The notes beneath the pieces are model-generated. The model had not been told where the DNA came from, made no database searches, and saw only the letters and a program-made list of their open reading frames with translations. The translations under genes were made by a program, and so were the position numbers. A stretch of DNA of 33,008 nucleotides from Pirellulales bacterium (lineage in GTDB: Bacteria > Planctomycetota > Planctomycetia > Pirellulales > Thermoguttaceae), in contig DAOWNK010000001.1 in assembly GCA_030642635.1 (NCBI GenBank), forward strand, positions 1-33,008. Direction: 5' to 3'. Shown piece after piece: positions 1 to 8,073 of this stretch. Each line of letters begins with the position of its first letter. Positions within the stretch are counted from its first letter, which is position 1.

Positions 1-1
1 A

Positions 2-1636
2 CTCGATCTGGTCGTGTTCTTTGGATTCCTTGCGGTCGTGGTCGGCATTTCGCTCTACGCATCGCGCAAGGAACAGACCTCCGAGGACTACTTCCTGGCC
101 GGACGCCGGTTGGCTTGGTGGCTGATCGGATGCTCGCTGATTGCCTCGAACATCTCCACGGAGCACTTCGTCGGCAGGGCCGGCTCGGCGTTCGGCCGGA
201 TAGGGTTGGCGATCGCCAGCTACGAGTGGATGGCGGCCGTCACGCTGGTGCTGGTCGGATGGTGGTTGCTGCCGAAATTTCTAAGCGCCGGCATATACAC
301 CATGCCCGAGTTCCTAGAATATCGCTACGACAGCGTCACGCGGACTATCATGGCCACGTACCTGATGGCGGCCTACGTCATCGTGCTGTTGGCCACGGTG
401 CTGTTCAGCGGTGCGGTTGCGATAAACGCCATATTCGACATCCCGCGGGTCTTCGTCGACCGGTTCGGCATGACAGCCGAAGACGCCGAATTTTGGGCCA
501 CCGTGGCCGGCATCTGGTCGATCGGGATCGTCGCCGGTGCATACACCGTTTACGGAGGGCTGAAGGCGGTCGTATGGTCCGACCTGTTACAAGGCAGCGC
601 GCTGCTGATCGGTGGGGCCATCGTCACGGTGCTGGGGCTGCAAATACTCGGCGGTGGAGACCTGATTGCAGGCTGGCGAAACTTCGCTGCGACGAACCAT
701 GCAAAGCTCCACACCGTGCTGCCGTGGAACGATCCCGACGTGCCGTGGCTGGCCGTGTTCGTCGGAGGGCTGTGGATTCCAAACCTCTTTTACTGGGGTA
801 TGAACCAGTTCATCACACAGCGCACCCTAGGGGCCAAGAACCTTGCGGAAGGCCAGAAAGGTATCATGTTCGCCGCCGCCATCAAGCTGTTTATCCCGTT
901 TATCATCGTGGTGCCCGGCATCATGGCATTCCAGCTTTACGGCGATGAGATCATCGCGTTGGGCGGCTCGAATCCGGGCGACAAGGCATATCCGTATATG
1001 ATTAGCCGCATACTGCCGCCGCAGTTGCGAGGGGTGATGTTCGCCGCGTTGTGCGGTGCGGTAATGAGTACGTTCAACTCGGGGCTGAACTCCGCCTCGA
1101 CCATCTTTACAATCGACATCTACAAAAAACTCATCAACCCGAACTCCTCGCCGCACAACCAGGTGACCGTCGGACGGATCGCCACGGCGGCGATCGTTGT
1201 GGTCTCGTGTCTCTGGGCGCCGGTCGTCGCCAGCTTCGAGGGTGTCTTTTCTTATATCCAGGAGATATGGGGTTTCATAACGCCGGGCATCGTGGCCGCG
1301 TTCCTGGTCGGACTGGTAGTGAAGCGGTGCCCACCCTTGGCGGCCAAGGGCGCGCTGCTGCTGGGGCTGCCGCTTTACGGCTTCTGCCGATTCGGCAATT
1401 ACATTTGCGCCGCACCGGCCGTCGAGTGGTTCAACTCCTGGGCGTTTCTGCACCACATGGGGCTTGTGTTCCTCGTGTTGGTCGCATACATGCTCATCGT
1501 CCCCGCCGTGAAACCGCTAAAAGAACCGGTAACAATGCCAACTTCTGAAATAGATACCACCGTGCATCCGCAAGTGTACGTATGGGGCACGTTGGTAATC
1601 GCCGGGGCAACGGCACTTTATGTGATATTTTGGTAG
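2..1636 (+). CDS. Sodium:solute symporter family (SGLT-like) transporter, 5' end cut by window edge
   Basis: The reading frame is open to nt 2. It encodes a polytopic membrane protein. The N-terminal 'DYFLAGRRLAWWLIGCSLIASNISTEHFVG' and 'YGGLKAVVWSDLLQG' resemble SSF (PF00474) signatures. Confidence 0.9.
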   Translation, partial: LDLVVFFGFLAVVVGISLYASRKEQTSEDYFLAGRRLAWWLIGCSLIASNISTEHFVGRAGSAFGRIGLAIASYEWMAAVTLVLVGWWLLPKFLSAGIYTMPEFLEYRYDSVTRTIMATYLMAAYVIVLLATVLFSGAVAINAIFDIPRVFVDRFGMTAEDAEFWATVAGIWSIGIVAGAYTVYGGLKAVVWSDLLQGSALLIGGAIVTVLGLQILGGGDLIAGWRNFAATNHAKLHTVLPWNDPDVPWLAVFVGGLWIPNLFYWGMNQFITQRTLGAKNLAEGQKGIMFAAAIKLFIPFIIVVPGIMAFQLYGDEIIALGGSNPGDKAYPYMISRILPPQLRGVMFAALCGAVMSTFNSGLNSASTIFTIDIYKKLINPNSSPHNQVTVGRIATAAIVVVSCLWAPVVASFEGVFSYIQEIWGFITPGIVAAFLVGLVVKRCPPLAAKGALLLGLPLYGFCRFGNYICAAPAVEWFNSWAFLHHMGLVFLVLVAYMLIVPAVKPLKEPVTMPTSEIDTTVHPQVYVWGTLVIAGATALYVIFW

Positions 1637-1666
1637 TTGTTTACAAATCGGTCTCACACAGTTTCG

Positions 1667-1768
1667 TACGCCTGCAAAAAAATCCTTCCTCGTAATTCCG
1701 GCGATAGTGCACATTGTACGCAAAGTGGAACTTTTAATGGTCCGATGTGCAGGAATGGTTAATAGCAT
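1667..1768 (-). pseudogene. HicA-like toxin remnant (C-terminal half only)
   Basis: The ATG at 1768-1766 overlaps the hicB-like stop (ATGA). The first ~34 codons, 'LLTIPAHRTIKSSTLRTMCTIAGITRKDFFAGV', resemble the C-terminal half of HicA/YcfA toxins (..vPxH...k.gtLr.il.qaGl..). The N-terminal half with the GSH/His region is absent. The rest of the 83-aa ORF runs antisense into the symporter gene. Confidence 0.3.
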
Positions 1769-2016
1769 CAGACGACCACCTCCGCTTCGGCAATGAACGC
1801 TTCCCGTGCCGAACCCTCGCCTATCAGCGTGTCGTGACCAAATTGCTCGATATGTGCGCGAATAGCCGAACTCACGTCGGCCAGGGCCTCGTCGTATGAG
1901 TCGCCTTGTCCGACAACAATACCTTTCATGCCGAGCGGGTAGGCGACGTAGGTGTCCTCACCATGTTCGATGACCACCTTAATACGCGTGGTCTTTCCTC
2001 TTGCTGCTACTGCCAT
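1768..2016 (-). CDS. HicB-family (UPF0150-like) antitoxin
   Basis: 82-aa ORF. 'IKVVIEHGEDTYVAYPLGMKGIVVGQGDSYDEALADVSSAIRAHIE' is a typical HicB N-terminal fold sequence. A GAGGG lies 8 nt upstream of the ATG. Confidence 0.7.
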   Translation of the reverse strand: MAVAARGKTTRIKVVIEHGEDTYVAYPLGMKGIVVGQGDSYDEALADVSSAIRAHIEQFGHDTLIGEGSAREAFIAEAEVVV

Positions 2017-2151
2017 AATAATACCCTCAGTTGACGGTCATTTTCACCGAATAGAAGTTTATCATACCCAAATTGCCGTATATCTACCAGCGGTTTCCTG
2101 CTAAAATCGCCTACTGCCCCAAATGGCTGATATGTTGCGACGGACGAAATC

Positions 2152-3015
2152 ATGGTGATTCGATTCGGACTGTGGACGATGGTCTTACTGGCAGTACCCT
2201 GCTCGGTCGCTGCCCAACCTGGACCGTGGCGCGGTGCGCCCGACCAGCCGGTTCGGCCGCAAGTACCGACGCTTCGGCAGCGCTCGCCCGCCGCAGAACA
2301 GCCCACGGCGCCGTTCCAATTGACACCACAACACCAGGCGTATCTCGACCGCGTGTTACAGGCATGGGAGCAGCGCAGGTCGAATGTAAAAACCTTCGAG
2401 TGCGACTTCACCCGCTGGGAGTACGACCCGGTCTTCGGCGATGCGGATAAACCAAAACACACCGACACCGGACACATCAAGTACGCCGCGCCGGACAAGG
2501 GTCGGTTCGAGGTCGAAGGCGATCGGGCGGAAAAATGGATATGCAACGGCAAGTCGATCTTCGAGTACAACCATACCAAAAAACAATTGATCGAGTACAA
2601 GCTGCCGCCGCACATGCAGGGCAAGGCTATCGCCAACTCGCCGCTGCCGTTCATCTTCGGCGCAAAGGCCGACGAACTCCGACGGCGGTACTTCATGCGG
2701 GTCGTCACGCCGGCCGACGTGAAAGGCCAAATCTGGCTCGAGGCATACCCCAAATTACAGCAAGACGCGGCGAACTTCAAGCGTACGGAGCTGATCCTGA
2801 CCGGCAAGGACATGACCCCTCACGCACTGCAAATCTATCTGCCCAACGGCAAGAATCGCACCGTGTATCAGTTCTCCAATATCGTAATCAACAATCCGCT
2901 GCGGTTTTTCAAGGGCGACCCGTTCCACGCCTTGACCCCGCCGTTCTGGAAGAAGATCGTCGAGGAGAACGAAACCGCCCAGGCCGGAAGGACGGCAGCG
3001 GGCGGTAGGCGGTAG
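2152..3015 (+). CDS. Secreted protein, LolA-like / Planctomycete TIGR03009-like family
   Basis: Signal peptide 'MVIRFGLWTMVLLAVPCSVAAQP'. The core 'FECDFTRWEYDPVFG...GHIKYAAPDKGRFEV...' matches my recollection of the TIGR03009 domain. The last codons and the stop lie inside a G-rich repeat. Confidence 0.5.
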   Translation: MVIRFGLWTMVLLAVPCSVAAQPGPWRGAPDQPVRPQVPTLRQRSPAAEQPTAPFQLTPQHQAYLDRVLQAWEQRRSNVKTFECDFTRWEYDPVFGDADKPKHTDTGHIKYAAPDKGRFEVEGDRAEKWICNGKSIFEYNHTKKQLIEYKLPPHMQGKAIANSPLPFIFGAKADELRRRYFMRVVTPADVKGQIWLEAYPKLQQDAANFKRTELILTGKDMTPHALQIYLPNGKNRTVYQFSNIVINNPLRFFKGDPFHALTPPFWKKIVEENETAQAGRTAAGGRR

Positions 3016-3063
3016 ATGGTAGGCGGTAAGCGGTAGAGGGTTGAGGGTTGAGGGTTGAGGGGG
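3004..3063 (+). repeat. Heptad-periodic G-tract/stop-codon array: (GGTAGGCGGTA)x2 then (GGGTTGA)x3 GGGGG
   Basis: Read directly. Stop trinucleotides occur at 3006, 3013 (the stop actually used), 3020, 3027, 3034, 3042, 3049 and 3056. Positions 3038-3063 fit G3+N4G3+N4G3+N4G5. Confidence 0.85.
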
Positions 3064-3084
3064 TGGCAATTTATTGCCACCTTT
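3062..3084 (+). terminator. Hairpin GGTGGCAAT-TT-ATTGCCACC followed by TTT
   Basis: Perfect 9-bp stem at 3062-3070/3073-3081, followed by a short T run. The 5' arm shares two Gs (3062-3063) with the last G-run of the G-tract array. Confidence 0.4.
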
Positions 3085-3107
3085 ACGCCGGTCGTTGCAA
3101 CCACACC

Positions 3108-3133
3108 GTTTAGCGGCCGCCGGCACGGCGGCC
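3108..3133 (+). repeat. GTTTAGC-anchored GC hairpin (GTTTAGC GGCCGCCG-GCA-CGGCGGCC)
   Basis: Differs by a single base from the first 25 nt of the copy at 24247-24271. It belongs to a family with copies at 6071-6154, 14047-14101, 22006-22030 and 25091-25101. Confidence 0.7.
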
Positions 3134-3150
3134 AATGCGCCACGGTTCAA

Positions 3151-3178
3151 TTGACGCTCCTGAAAAACGTCGTATTAT
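3151..3178 (+). promoter_or_regulatory. Putative sigma70-like promoter (TTGACG-16 nt-TATTAT) ending 6 nt before the nfeD ATG
   Basis: TTGACG at 3151-3156 and TATTAT at 3173-3178, with the ATG at 3185. There is no room for a Shine-Dalgarno site, so the transcript may be leaderless. Confidence 0.3.
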
Positions 3179-3184
3179 ATATTG

Positions 3185-5425
3185 ATGGTTTTAATGAGAG
3201 TCAACACAGTACCAACACACCGTAGAATCCTTGCCGCAGTGGTCCTCACCGCGTGTGTGCTGCTTGGCCGGATGCCGTGCCAATATGCCGCCGGTGGCGA
3301 TTCTGCCGAAAAAACCGCTGAGGGAAAAATATCTGAACGGCAACTCGGCAAAACCATCCGAATCCAACTGCCGATTACCGGGGGGACTTTCGACCGTGTG
3401 CGGCAGTTCGTGCGCAGGGCGGTCGAGAAGGCGTGCGGCGAGAGCGCACGGCTCGTGCTCATCTTCGAGTTCAACGTACCGGAAGGCCAGGACGAGTTCG
3501 GCCGGGGCAGCCAGTTCGGCGCGGCGTACGACCTGGCCGATTTCCTCTCCAGCGAGGGGCTTGTCGGCGTTCGCACGGTGGCGTATCTGCCGCAGTCGAT
3601 CCAAGGCCATGCCGTGCTGGTCGTGCTGGGGTGCGACGAGATCATCATGGCCGGCGATGCGCGGCTCGGCCCGGCCGGGGTGGACGAACGTGTGATCACC
3701 CAGTCGCGGCTGGGCAGCTACCGCGAGATCGCCCGGCGGCGGAAGACCGTACCGGCGGAAGTCGCACTCTGGCTGCTCGACCCGACGCAGGACGTGCTGG
3801 CCGTAGAAACCGAGGTCAGCCGCGAGTACGTCACGGCCGAAGGATTGGCGGAATTGGAAAAACACCATACGATCAAGTCGCAGCAGAAGATGTTCGACCA
3901 TGTCAATCCCGAGCGTTCGGTGGCGGCCCAGCGCGGTGCGCTTACCGGCGAGGAGGCGCGGCGGATGGGGTTTGCCGCATACCTGGCCGACAATCGCCGC
4001 GAGGTGGCCGAGGCGCTGGAACTGCCCTCGGAGGCCATGGACGAAGATATCTCGTTGATCGACGATTGGCGGGCGGTTCGGATCGACCTGAAAGGCCCGA
4101 TCTCCGCCAAAATGATCGATCGGGCACAACGGCTCATAGACGAAGAAATCCGGCTGCGTGATGTAAATTTCGTTTGCCTTTGGATCGACAGCCCGGGCGG
4201 ATCGCCGACCGACAGCATCGTGCTGTCCGGCTTCCTGGCGGACCTGGACCCCAACAGTATCCGCACGGTGGCGTACGTGCCGGTGCAGGCCCGATCCGAC
4301 GCCGCGCTGATCGCCTTGGCATGTCAACAGTTGGTCGTACACCCACGGGCGGAGCTTGGCGGGTCGGGTGCATACGCACTGTCCGAGGAGGACGTGCTGT
4401 ACACCGTCGAGGCGATCCGCGACAAAGACGGGCCGTGGCGGTCGCAATCGTGGTCGCTGGTGGCCGCAATGATCAACCCGAACCTGGAGGTATTCCGCTG
4501 CACGCGGCTGGGCAAGGTGGGCTACTTCTGCGACGAGGAACTTGCTGAACTAGACGCGGTGAAACCGAACTGGCACAGGGCTATGCAGGTGACCCGGCCC
4601 GGCCGGCCGCTTCTGGTTGACGGCGACCGGGCAGTCGAGTACGGCCTGGCCGACCGCACGGTCGAGAGCTTCGCACAGTTCAAGCAATACTACGGTTTGC
4701 AAAACGACCCGGCGTTGCTGGAGCCGGGCTGGGCGGATTTCCTGGTCGATGCGTTGGCCTCGCCCGGCGTGGCCGCGGTGCTGCTGACCATCGCCTTCAT
4801 TGCACTATATGCCGAGATAAGTTCGCCGGGCATCGGCATCGGCGGGTTTGCAGCCACGGTGTGTTTCCTGCTGTTCTTTTGGAGCCATTATCTGGACGGC
4901 ACGGCCGGATGGCTTGAAATACTGTTGTTTGTCACCGGCGTAAGCTGCCTGCTTTTGGAGCTATTCGTTCTGCCGGGGTTCGGTATATTCGGCCTCGGCG
5001 GCGGGTTCCTGGTGCTGCTATCTTTGATACTGGCTAGCCAAACGTTCATCCTCCCGCAAAATGAGTACCAGTTCGGCCGGCTGCAGCGCTCTCTTCTGAC
5101 GATAGCCGGCGCCGGGGCGGGGATAATTGCGGTCGGCTGGTTCCTGCGGAAGTGGCTGCCGCGCGCGCCGATATTGAATCGCATTCTGCTGCCGCCGCCG
5201 GCGGGCGAAGAGGCCGAGAACATCCGGCGCCACGAGGCGCTGGTGAATCTCGACGACCTCGTCGGCGCCCATGGCGCCGCCACTACGCAACTGACGCCCT
5301 GCGGCAAGGCCCGGTTCAGAGATATGCTCGTCGATGTGATTACCGACGGCGATATAATTGATCGCGGCGCAACGGTCGAGGTGGTCGAGGTCCACGGCAA
5401 CCGCGTGATTGTGAAGAAAGCCTGA
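3185..5425 (+). CDS. NfeD-family membrane-bound ClpP-class serine protease, long form with two tandem ClpP/crotonase-like modules
   Basis: It has a signal/anchor, two ClpP-like modules, a block of 4-5 TM helices ('VAAVLLTIAFIALYAEISSPGIGIGG...') and a C-terminal NfeD OB-fold ('GKARFRDMLVDVITDGDIIDRGATVEVVEVHGNRVIVKK'). Only the second ClpP-like module keeps 'WIDSPGGS' (DSPGG at 4187-4201). The gene lies upstream of floA. Confidence 0.8.
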   Translation: MVLMRVNTVPTHRRILAAVVLTACVLLGRMPCQYAAGGDSAEKTAEGKISERQLGKTIRIQLPITGGTFDRVRQFVRRAVEKACGESARLVLIFEFNVPEGQDEFGRGSQFGAAYDLADFLSSEGLVGVRTVAYLPQSIQGHAVLVVLGCDEIIMAGDARLGPAGVDERVITQSRLGSYREIARRRKTVPAEVALWLLDPTQDVLAVETEVSREYVTAEGLAELEKHHTIKSQQKMFDHVNPERSVAAQRGALTGEEARRMGFAAYLADNRREVAEALELPSEAMDEDISLIDDWRAVRIDLKGPISAKMIDRAQRLIDEEIRLRDVNFVCLWIDSPGGSPTDSIVLSGFLADLDPNSIRTVAYVPVQARSDAALIALACQQLVVHPRAELGGSGAYALSEEDVLYTVEAIRDKDGPWRSQSWSLVAAMINPNLEVFRCTRLGKVGYFCDEELAELDAVKPNWHRAMQVTRPGRPLLVDGDRAVEYGLADRTVESFAQFKQYYGLQNDPALLEPGWADFLVDALASPGVAAVLLTIAFIALYAEISSPGIGIGGFAATVCFLLFFWSHYLDGTAGWLEILLFVTGVSCLLLELFVLPGFGIFGLGGGFLVLLSLILASQTFILPQNEYQFGRLQRSLLTIAGAGAGIIAVGWFLRKWLPRAPILNRILLPPPAGEEAENIRRHEALVNLDDLVGAHGAATTQLTPCGKARFRDMLVDVITDGDIIDRGATVEVVEVHGNRVIVKKA

Positions 5426-5443
5426 TTGTAGAGGTAATATATC

Positions 5444-6004
5444 ATGGACCCTTGGGTTTGGGCAGTTTTATTGTTGGCGTTGGGCATGGGCCTGACAATT
5501 CTGGAAATCTTCTTCCCGTCGGCCGGCGTGCTGGGGTTCCTGGCGGCCAGCTCGGTGCTGGGTGCGGTGGTCATGGGATTCGTCGAAGGGCCGATCGGGG
5601 GGTTCGTCGTACTGACGATCGCCATTGTAGGACTGCCGGCCGCGGTGATCCTGGCGTTTCAATACTGGCCGAAGACGGCCGTCGGCCGCCGCGTGTTGCT
5701 TATGACGCCCAAAAGCGACGACGTTTTGCCGAACGACCCGAAGATGGACCACCTAAGAACCCTCATAGGCCAGGTGGCTCAGACGAAGTGCAAAATGCTC
5801 CCCAGCGGGGCGATTACTATAGAAGACCGCACCGTTGACGCCGTAAGCGAGGGGATGCCGATTGCCGCCGGAGCCTTGGTCCGTGTGATCGAGGTCCGGG
5901 CCAATCGGGTGGTCGTCCGTCCGCTGGAGGACGAGGAGCCGGACGGATCGGCCGAAGACGCCCTGCGGCGGCCTATCGACGACCCGTTCGATAAGGATGC
6001 GTAG
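5444..6004 (+). CDS. NfeD-family protein, short form (membrane anchor + OB-fold)
   Basis: N-terminal TM helices are followed by 'GQVAQTKCKMLPSGAITIEDRTVDAVSEGMPIAAGALVRVIEVRANRVVVRP', a typical NfeD C-terminal domain. Confidence 0.75.
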   Translation: MDPWVWAVLLLALGMGLTILEIFFPSAGVLGFLAASSVLGAVVMGFVEGPIGGFVVLTIAIVGLPAAVILAFQYWPKTAVGRRVLLMTPKSDDVLPNDPKMDHLRTLIGQVAQTKCKMLPSGAITIEDRTVDAVSEGMPIAAGALVRVIEVRANRVVVRPLEDEEPDGSAEDALRRPIDDPFDKDA

Positions 6005-6070
6005 CAGTCTGGCCCGCCCGGCGCGTGACTTGACAACTTCTCCACAAACGGGTAAACCGGTGATATGGTA

Positions 6071-6154
6071 TTTAGCCTTGGGTGAATACACCCGGGGCAA
6101 CCGTTGCGGGAGGTGTTGGTATTGCCCGCCGTGTATTCACGGCGGGCTAAATGA
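6071..6154. repeat. 84-bp palindromic element in the floA leader with ATTTAGCC/GGCTAAAT termini
   Basis: Termini are at 6071-6078 and 6147-6154. Inner 10-nt arms are GTGAATACAC (6083-6092) and GTGTATTCAC (6132-6141). A competing hairpin GCCCGCCGTG-TATT-CACGGCGGGC lies at 6125-6148. Confidence 0.7.
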
Positions 6155-6197
6155 CGAATCCCCGGGCACCCTACACTAAATCGAAGGAGTTTTCGCC

Positions 6198-7241
6198 ATG
6201 CCGCTTTTGGCTCAACAAGACACCGGTCAGATCATTACGATCGTAGTCATTTTCATCGGCCTGTTCTTCGGGCTTATCGTGCTGGCGGTATTCGCCAGGT
6301 ATTTCAGGCTCTGGATTCAGTCGAAGACTACCGGCGCAGGTATCGGAATCCTCGACCTGCTGGGGATGACCTTCCGCAAGGTCAGCCCGACGGTCATCGT
6401 ACGCACCAAGATTATGGCGGTACAGGCCGGGCTGGGCGACGAGACCGGCATCACGTCGAAGTCGCTCGAGGCGCATTACCTGGCCGGCGGAAACGTACCG
6501 CTGGTAATCCGTGCGATCATCGCCGCCCACAAGGCGAAGCTGGACGAGCTTGATTTCAAGCTGGCCTCCGCAATCGACCTGGCCGGGCGAAACGTGCTGG
6601 AGGCCGTACAGACAAGCGTATATCCGAAGGTAATCGACTGCCCGATGCGCGGCACCGGACGCGATTCGCTCGACGGAATCGCACAGAACGGAATCCAATT
6701 GAAGGTGAGGGTCAGGGTAACGGTCCGGGCGAACCTGAAGCAGTTGATCGGCGGAGCCACTGAAGAGACGATTGTCGCCAGGGTGGGCGAGGGTATCGTC
6801 AGCGCGATCGGCTCGGCCCAATCGCACGGCGACGTACTGGAGAATCCGGACAGCATCACGAAGACCGTGCTCTCGCGCCGGCTCGACTCGCAAACTGCAT
6901 TCAAGATCGTCTCGATCGACATCGCAGACGTGGATGTCGGAGAGAACATCGGCGCACGGCTCCAGGCCGACCAGGCGGAGGCCGACATGCGAGTCGCCCG
7001 GGCTAAGGCCGAGGGACGCCGGGCCATGGCCGTGGCCGAAGAGCGGGAGATGATCGCAAAAATCGAGGAAAGCCGGGCAAAAGTGGTCGAGGCAGAGGCC
7101 GAGGTGCCAAAGGCCATATCGCAGGCGTTCCGCGAGGGCACGCTCGGAATACTCGACTACTACAAGCTGCGTAACGTACAGGCCGATACAGAAATGCGCA
7201 CCTCGATCGCCAATGCCGGGGTGGGAGGATCGGCGACATGA
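6198..7241 (+). CDS. floA: Flotillin-like protein FloA (UPF0365/YqfA family)
   Basis: Near-colinear similarity, from memory, to B. subtilis FloA: '[11 protein letters not shown]', '[17 protein letters not shown]', '[32 protein letters not shown]', '[25 protein letters not shown]', '[11 protein letters not shown]'. An AAGGAG lies 8 nt upstream of the ATG. Confidence 0.92.
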   Translation: MPLLAQQDTGQIITIVVIFIGLFFGLIVLAVFARYFRLWIQSKTTGAGIGILDLLGMTFRKVSPTVIVRTKIMAVQAGLGDETGITSKSLEAHYLAGGNVPLVIRAIIAAHKAKLDELDFKLASAIDLAGRNVLEAVQTSVYPKVIDCPMRGTGRDSLDGIAQNGIQLKVRVRVTVRANLKQLIGGATEETIVARVGEGIVSAIGSAQSHGDVLENPDSITKTVLSRRLDSQTAFKIVSIDIADVDVGENIGARLQADQAEADMRVARAKAEGRRAMAVAEEREMIAKIEESRAKVVEAEAEVPKAISQAFREGTLGILDYYKLRNVQADTEMRTSIANAGVGGSAT

Positions 7242-7972
7242 CGCCTTTAGCAGTGGCACATGCTTCCAGCCTGTGCAACAGCCTGTGTCACAGCCAGGAT
7301 GGCTACGCCACTGTGCTTTTAGCACAAGGACTCGACGACCTGATCTGGGTCATCCTGGTGATCTTGTTCATTGTCGTGCCGGCAATTGGACAGATCATTG
7401 CAAAGATAAACAAGGCCCCCGGTCCACCGGCCGGCGGACCGAAGGGAGCACCGCGCCAGGCGGCCGGAAACAAGGGTATCAACGACGAGATAGGCGATTT
7501 TCTCCGCCGCGCGGCACGTGGATTGGGGCAACAAGTAAAACAGGCACAACAACAGATGCAGCAGCCGCAGCAACCTCGACAGCCGATAGCCCGGCCGGCG
7601 GCCGCCGAAGTCGTCCGTGAACGGTCCATCGAGGCACAAGTACTCGGCGGCGGGCATCGCGAAACGGTCCAGGCGGAGATCGACACCGGGCAGTTCACCC
7701 GGCGTGCCGCCAAGCTGGGCGGCAAGGTGGTCCGCTCGGAAAAGCAACTCGACAAACACCTGCACCAGGTGTTCAACCACGAGTTGGGTGATTTGGCCAA
7801 GACGCCGCCGAAAACTGCCGGACAACGCCTGACGAAGCAACAGCAGCCGGTCGCCATGCCGCCGACCGCTGCCGCAGGGTTCGCCGCGCTGCTGGGCAGC
7901 GCCGAGAACATCCGCCGGGCAATCGTCATCAACGAAATACTCACCCGGCCCGAAAACCGGTGGAATCTGTAA
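7238..7972 (+). CDS. Hypothetical single-pass membrane protein, Q/P-rich, translationally coupled to floA
   Basis: Its ATG overlaps the floA stop (ATGA at 7238-7241). It has one TM helix ('[21 protein letters not shown]') and a low-complexity '[19 protein letters not shown]' stretch. I recognise no family. Confidence 0.55.
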   Translation: MTPLAVAHASSLCNSLCHSQDGYATVLLAQGLDDLIWVILVILFIVVPAIGQIIAKINKAPGPPAGGPKGAPRQAAGNKGINDEIGDFLRRAARGLGQQVKQAQQQMQQPQQPRQPIARPAAAEVVRERSIEAQVLGGGHRETVQAEIDTGQFTRRAAKLGGKVVRSEKQLDKHLHQVFNHELGDLAKTPPKTAGQRLTKQQQPVAMPPTAAAGFAALLGSAENIRRAIVINEILTRPENRWNL

Positions 7973-7978
7973 CCATAA

Positions 7979-7992
7979 AGCCGCTTGCGGCT
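7979..7992 (+). repeat. AGCCG-CTTG-CGGCT hairpin (CTTG-tetraloop family)
   Basis: The same core occurs at 18859-18878, 24203-24222, 32486-32518 and 32538-32557. Confidence 0.6.
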
Positions 7993-8007
7993 TCGCAGCG
8001 CAACCAT

Positions 8008-8034
8008 GCCCCCCGACGCAGTCGGGGGGCTTTT
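8008..8034 (+). terminator. Rho-independent terminator closing the nfeD-floA operon
   Basis: GCCCCCCGAC-GCA-GTCGGGGGGC forms a 10-bp perfect stem and is followed by TTTT (8031-8034). Confidence 0.7.
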
Positions 8035-8073
8035 GAATACTGCCCACTACCCACTGCCCACCGACCGCTTTCC

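Noticed and set aside
3140-3160. tRNA-like T-arm motif GGTTCAATT
   Set aside because: No acceptor, D or anticodon stems can be drawn around it. The sequence overlaps the putative -35 region.
6037-6070. TTGACA at about 6037 as a floA-specific promoter
   Set aside because: No acceptable -10 hexamer lies at 16-18-nt spacing.
7960-8073. Upstream extensions of ORFs (7960 for M16, 12980 for ASKHA, 10564 for RAYT, 21852 for the AbrB-type gene, 24317 for the antitoxin-like gene, 30354 for the small protein)
   Set aside because: The extensions run through terminators, REP hairpins, palindromes or predicted promoters. The internal starts begin the recognisable protein sequence.
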